DNA of 64,000 bases from Acidimicrobiales bacterium. Lineage in GTDB: Bacteria; Actinomycetota; Acidimicrobiia; Acidimicrobiales; SZUA-35. Every line of letters begins with the position of its first letter. Position 1 is the stretch's first letter. The notes beneath the pieces are model-generated. The model was not told where the DNA came from and searched no databases. It saw only the letters and a program-made list of their open reading frames with translations. Below, in pieces: positions 59,133 through 64,000 of the stretch. Location: assembly GCA_965216655.1 (NCBI GenBank), contig CBDCGP010000056.1, positions 68,782 through 132,781 of the forward strand, in the 5' to 3' direction. Position numbers and translations under genes: made by a program.

Positions 59133-59510
59133 TCGGTGCCGAGCCTGCGACGCTAATCCGGCGAACTTGACCTGACCGCTTGGGCGCAGTACTCAGCAAT
59201 CGGGCCGTAAACTTCCGCGCATATACCGGAATCCGCGACCTTGGTTTCCTGCCCGCTTGGCGTGCAGGCTGCATCTATCGATCCGCGGGTCGTGACGAGG
59301 ATGCAGCCGACCAGTGCGCCCTGGCCGTTCAATCTGCTCAATTCGAATCTCGATCGGTGTCGAGAGCTGAACGGGCTGCCGCTCGCGTCGGTTGCCGGCC
59401 GCAGTTCGCCGTCGATAGCCGAGGAATATGAGCGGTATCACCCTCGCGTGGTTGAGGCCAGACTCACCGTCGAATCGGCTCTTACTGGTCGTACCACTCA
59501 GATCGGATGA

Positions 59511-59867
59511 GTACACGAGGTCGTCGCCTGGACGGCGTCCGATCCGGACGACTGGAGGGTTGAAGACGCGGCGGAAAGGCGTCAGCGACGTGTGCTGAGG
59601 CTCTGCGAGAGGGCTCAGGAGCAGGGCGCATTGGCCTGAGTTCACGATCTGTCCGAAGTGCTCGGGGTCAGCGAACGGACGGTAAAGCGGGATTTGGCCG
59701 AGCTCAGACTCGACGGAGGAGAAGCCGACAACCCGACGATCAGTGTGACAGGTAGATCGATCTCGAAGTTTCTTGCGGCACGAACCGGCTACAAATCCCC
59801 AGGTCAGAGGCTATTCGGGCGCGTTGTCCCCATAGTTTGGCCTCAAACTTTCACCAAGACTGGATAG
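59511..59867 (+). pseudogene. Small HTH regulator relic with an in-frame TGA
   Basis: ...ERRQRRVLRLCERAQEQGALA-TGA(59637-59639)-VHDLSEVLGVSERTVKRDLAEL. The stop falls just upstream of a helix-turn-helix motif (HDLSEVLGVSERTVKRDL). Confidence 0.5.
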
Positions 59868-59957
59868 GACAGGACAGAGACGGCGGGGACACACTTGGGA
59901 CATCAGCTTGATCAACAAGCTACCTCAGTCGTCGTCAAGCGTGTTGGAGTTATTGTA

Positions 59958-60053
59958 ATGTCTCGTCGCCTGTTTGTCCTCCTGTCGCCAGTCGTCTTTG
60001 CTGCCGCCACCGCTCTTCCTGTCGTGAGCGCCGTGGCCTGGGAGTTCGGCTGA
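59958..60053 (+). CDS. 31-codon signal-peptide-like ORF (absent from the ORF track)
   Basis: GGAG (59946-59949) lies 8 nt before the ATG. Hand translation gives MSRRLFVLLSPVVFAAATALPVVSAVAWEFG. A hairpin follows 15 nt downstream. Confidence 0.3.
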   Translation: MSRRLFVLLSPVVFAAATALPVVSAVAWEFG

Positions 60054-60067
60054 TCCCCGTTCGAGGT

Positions 60068-60101
60068 CCTTCTCAGTCCTCTTCCGCCGTGGCTGAGAAG
60101 G
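60068..60101 (+). terminator. Hairpin downstream of the 31-codon ORF
   Basis: CCTTCTCAG (60068-60076) pairs with CTGAGAAGG (60093-60101): a perfect 9-bp stem with a 16-nt loop. Confidence 0.4.
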
Positions 60102-60130
60102 ATCTTCCTGCTGACATGGTTAGCAGGGCA

Positions 60131-60181
60131 CCAGGGTGTGACCGTCGCAGAATCCTAGCGCTGCGACGGTTACACCCTTGG
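60131..60181. repeat. About 20-bp imperfect inverted repeat (long hairpin)
   Basis: CCAGGGTGTGACCGTCGCAG (60131-60150), 10-nt loop, CTGCGACGGTTACACCCTTGG (60161-60181). The core 13-bp stem has one mismatch. Confidence 0.6.
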
Positions 60182-60402
60182 TTTCACATAGAAACTCACC
60201 GCTCATCCCTCCATTCTCCTGAGAGTGCGTGAGATCCGAGGCTTCCTCAGACCCACGGTCTTTACCCCACCGCCTTTTGATCGGGGCGATGCCACCGGGG
60301 GATGGGGAAGTACTCGGTTTTGGCCGCCGTTGATGTGGACAGGTGATTCGGCCGGATTCAGCGTGGCGACCGAGTGGCGACGCGCTAGGATGAAGATCCC
60401 AA

Positions 60403-60476
<74 letters not shown>

Positions 60477-60492
60477 CTAGAGCTTTTCGGAA

Positions 60493-60515
60493 GATCCCGC
60501 TCTCAGAGCGGGATC
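60493..60515 (+). terminator. Hairpin immediately downstream of the tRNA
   Basis: GATCCCGCTC-tca-GAGCGGGATC: perfect 10-bp inverted repeat, extendable with one mismatch to 60489-60519. Confidence 0.5.
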
Positions 60516-61216
60516 CTCCGCGCCTCGTCGGCTCTGCCGACTCATGACACGTCGGGCGACGCCGTTGGTTGTCTGCGGGCGGAGTGTCCTTCCAGGAATC
60601 TCGAGTCAGCCGTCCGGCTCAACGTCACGCTTTGTTGCTGGAGTACGCCCGAAGTCAGTCAGTGACATCGACTCACGTTCGCTCCGTTCGCGATAGCTCC
60701 CTACATCCTCGATCATGCTGCCGCCCCTTCGGCTGCCTCTCGGTCGGCCGGCTGTGGTCAGGGTCAACAGAAGCATGATCTCGAGAGGGAGTGCCTCCCG
60801 AGGGGTGTTATGTCATGTGAGAAACCATGAAACTCCACCTCGGGAGGTCCTCCTCGTGGACGCCGCCCCGGCGATACGATCTAGATTGACGATCCAAACT
60901 CCTGACGCCTGGTTGGAAGAGGTCATAGCCAGGATTCCGATAGCCCACATCGCTGCTGAGACTGTTATTCGGTAGGCCACGGAAATGCTCTCTGACACTC
61001 TGGCCATCAATCTTTGACCACGTATGTCCCAGAACTGTCCCAGTGTCGAAAACCGGGCGCTGGCCTTGAGTATCTGCAGCGGGTCAGACGATCTACAGCT
61101 CGGCAGCGGTCGGCTCTCTGGCGGCGGTGGGTGACCGATGCCACGCTATAGTGAGCCACCGGCGGCGGAGACTGGTGGTTCCAGAGTGGTGATGCGAATC
61201 GGCGGGTTCGGAGATT

Positions 61217-63416
61217 TTGGTGGCATCTGAGAGGGACATCGTCGAGATTCGTGCGTTCGGCAAGTGGCTGATCAGCGTCAATGGTGTCGAGGCTCCTTCA
61301 GTCCAATCCCGTTTTGCTCGACAGATCCTCGTCGCTCTTTCTTTGACAAGTGGATGGATCGCGCGTGAAAAGTTGATCGATGACTTGTGGTCATCGTCTT
61401 CCGATATCGGGATGTCACGACGTCGACTCTCGAAGGAATTGTCGCGCATACAGGGCTGCATTGGCATCCGGCTGTGGTCAGGAGATCGCGAGAGTGTGCG
61501 AGTTGATCCAGGTGTTCACCTTGTCAGCGACGTCAGCGTGTTGATCGACGACCTCGGCGCCGCGCCGCCATCCGCGGATCCCGTCCGCGAAGCGGCACGT
61601 CTCCAGGAGCACGTGCGAGTCGTGGAGCGCGGTATGTTGCTGCCGGGACACTTCGACCCGTGGACCTGCGATCTGCGCAGTCGAGTCGAACAGTTGGAAA
61701 TAGGAATTCGCCGATCGTTGGTCGAGCTTCTGGGGCGTTGCGGACGGCCTGACCGCGTTGAGGCACGCCCGTCGGTGGGCGGAGCTCGACTCGTTCTCGG
61801 ACGAGGCGCACGCCACCGTCATCCACCTCACACGGCTCTACGTCGGATCGGCGGCGGCCCGATCAGTACCAGGCGCAAGCAGAAGAGCTGTACCGGACGG
61901 AGTTGGAGGTCGACCCTGCGGGCCGGTTCGATGCTTCACCGACGACTGCACTGGTTGCGCTCAAAGAATGTGAGGAGCCGTTGCTTCCGGCCAAGGTGCG
62001 CCGACTCAAACAGAAGTTGGAGGGTTGCGACATGAAACCTCCAGACCGGATAGCGCTCGTACTTGAGTTGGATGACACTCTGCGATGGATTGGTCACCAC
62101 CACGAACGGGCAAAGTTTCTGTCGGTTCTCGAAGATCAAGACGTTGCTCTCGACGTCAGGGGCTGGCGTGAGGTAGAGGTGGCGACCGTTGCTGGGGAGC
62201 TGCAAAGAGCGCGTGCACTCACCGAAGAGATCCGGATGATAGAAGGGTCGACCGACCGTACTTCGGCTTCGATGCTCGATCTGATGGAAGCGCTCCGACT
62301 TCATGCGACGGGGAAAGGACAGGCGGGCGATCGAGATTTTGGAGTCCGTGGTCACGGGCCGACACGTCATTGACCGTCGAGACCGAGGCCCGGCAACTGA
62401 TGGCGTCGATCTACGATGCCTTGGGGAAAGTGGATGTTGCCCGCGAGCACGCCGTAACTGCGCTGGAAGGGGTTCTTCGGGGGGAACTACACGAATACGA
62501 GTCCAGCGCACTCGCCTCGCTTAGCTTCGCACTTGCCCGCGGTATCCATGCGGCCGAAGCGGAACTCCACGCCGAGCGTGCTCTCGAGTTGGCCAGGGAA
62601 TCAGGAAGTGATCGCGACCTCGGTGCCGTCAACCATGCGTTGGCCTACGTCCACTACATCAGTCGGCGTTTTACGACCTCGTATTCGTACGCAACGGCCG
62701 CTGCCGACATCTATCGGCGATCCGGCAATGTGCATCTGCTTGCGAGATCGGCCCACTGCGCAGGCTTGTCGGCACGGGTCTATGGGGATCTTGATGGCAT
62801 GGGGTATCACGTCGATGCGCTACGTTCCTTGGGTGAGGCATCGGCACTCCCGATCATTCAGGTTCGGACGGAGATCCTTGAGGCCTGCATCAGTTTCGGA
62901 CGACGTAGTTTTGAACAGTCGGCGATCCATCTCGAGAAGGCACTCGAACTGCTCTGCGGTACGGAGTTGGAGCTGTGGCGGATCTATACAACCTCGATGT
63001 TGATCCGTAGCAAGCTTCAGATGAATCAACAACACGAAGCGCTCCAACTGGCAGAAGCCAATGTAGTGAGAGCGCACAAAGTTGGGCTTCCTCCCCGACA
63101 GGTGGAATTGTTTGAAGGTGATCTTGGCTGCGCGCTCGTTGCCACCGGCGATGTACGCCGCGGCTTTGATGTGCTCAACGGAATACTCGGTCACGGCAAC
63201 CCAAGCCAGATTCTGTTCGCTCATCCACATGTGTTCCGATTCGAGGCAGCCCGATCCCTCGGGGATACCGAGACGGCCACCGCAACGCAGCGGACCGCTT
63301 GGCTCATGCTCGACACGCTGCGGAAAGATCTCACTCCAGGCCAATGGGATCTGGCCAGACGCAACTCGGAGTTCGTGCGACCGTTGCTGGCCATCGTGGA
63401 CGATGACCCGATGTGA
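61217..63416 (+). pseudogene. SARP-type regulator (wHTH + BTAD + TPR, no P-loop), readable only through four +1 frameshifts
   Basis: wHTH VEIRAFGKWLISVNG...ILVALSLTSGWIAREKLIDDLW. BTAD MLLPGHFDPWTCDLRSRVEQLEIGIRRSLVELLG / VADGLTALRHARRWAELDSFSDEAHATVIHL / PDQYQAQAEELYRTELEVDP. TPR continues to 63416. Breaks near 61736, 61857, 62326 and 62370. Confidence 0.7.
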
Positions 63417-63515
63417 CACAGAGTAGGCGCAGCGATCCGAGGTTGCTCAAGGTCGACTGCCAGTCGTGCCGATAGGCCTCTTGAACCCGAGGGTCGATTG
63501 TCGGCGAGGTCTTTC

Positions 63516-64000
63516 ATGAAATCCATTCGTAGTATCGCCATCGCGCTGCTTCTCGTTCTGGTTGCCGGGGCATGTCAGTCATCGGGCGGCGATGCCGCCG
63601 TCATTGCTTCGAGTGGCGATGTTGATGTTGACGGCACGTCGGCGGTGGAATCACCCGCCGACGCTTCAGCGGACGCAGCGCTCGACGACGATGAAGAGCC
63701 CCAAAACGACACAGAAGCCGACGAGGACAGTGAGACCGAGGACGATGATGCGCCGCCGGCCGATGAATCGGAGTCGAATGACGTCGACACGGCAGGATCG
63801 GCCCTGCTGGCGCGGGTTTCCGACGCCACCATGGACGCTTCAACGGCACGATTCGAGGCCCGATTGTCGGTCGCTGGCGGCCCCGGGTCGGACGCCACCG
63901 ACTTCGAGCTGACGATGTCCGGGGCCTACGACCTCGACCTCGGGGCGTCCGACATCGTCGTCGACCTGTCCGGGATCGTCCCGCTCATCGCCGCCGAGGC
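63516..64000 (+). CDS. Lipoprotein with an acidic low-complexity tether; 3' end outside the window (absent from the ORF track)
   Basis: GAGG lies 6 nt upstream of ATG 63516. MKSIRSIAIALLLVLVAGAC (lipobox LVAGAC), then DDDEEPQNDTEADEDSETEDDDAPPADESESND. The frame stays open to base 64000. Confidence 0.7.
   Translation, partial: MKSIRSIAIALLLVLVAGACQSSGGDAAVIASSGDVDVDGTSAVESPADASADAALDDDEEPQNDTEADEDSETEDDDAPPADESESNDVDTAGSALLARVSDATMDASTARFEARLSVAGGPGSDATDFELTMSGAYDLDLGASDIVVDLSGIVPLIAAE

Noticed and set aside
59243-59256. GGTTTCCTGCCCGC as a relic copy of the tRNA 3' end (GGTTCAAATCCTGCCCCCGCC), which would mark an attachment site.
   Set aside because: The match is short and gapped, so it is not enough to define an att repeat without a computed alignment.

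Overview
This is a high-GC actinobacterial chromosomal window; hand counts of sample lines give about two thirds G+C. The lineage call rests on WhiB-family genes, SARP regulators, a UPF0182 protein and an Rv3193c-Rv3195-like gene order (recalled). Bases 1-54000 are densely packed with intact genes. They include a partial ABC exporter, xthA, mdh and a minus-strand operon of two dynamin-like GTPases, an SCP2 protein and Nei. Next come sdhCAB, a GH2 glycosidase, and a ChlI/MoxR-like AAA+ ATPase with its vWA partner lying 7 kb away across metal-transport and oxidoreductase genes. Further on are two WhiB genes converging on an unlisted tatA, then a ROK kinase and a Nudix hydrolase. A complete Pho cluster follows: phoX, a PhoU-domain histidine kinase with its OmpR-type regulator, PHO-box-like repeats, and pstS-pstC-(two mini-ORFs)-pstA-pstB-phoU. 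After it come an MFS transporter, a DUF2342 metalloprotease, proteases, moaE, a DivIVA-domain protein and UPF0182. From about 54.5 kb the character changes. msrA, a PEP-mutase-family gene and two SARP/TPR regulators can only be read through about 14 frameshifts, 13 of them +1. G+C drops, and an initiator tRNA-Met sits in a gene-poor patch with an HTH relic, a tiny signal-peptide-like ORF and strong hairpins. The leads I rate highest are the PhoU-kinase fusion, the triplicated TAATG start module between pstC and pstA, the directional frameshift cluster, the DivIVA/Mu-F-like chimera and the GTPase-SCP2 operon. No CRISPR array, rRNA or intact transposase or integrase was seen. All calls come from reading the sequence and from motif recall; no searches were run, and frameshift positions are good to about +/-5 nt.
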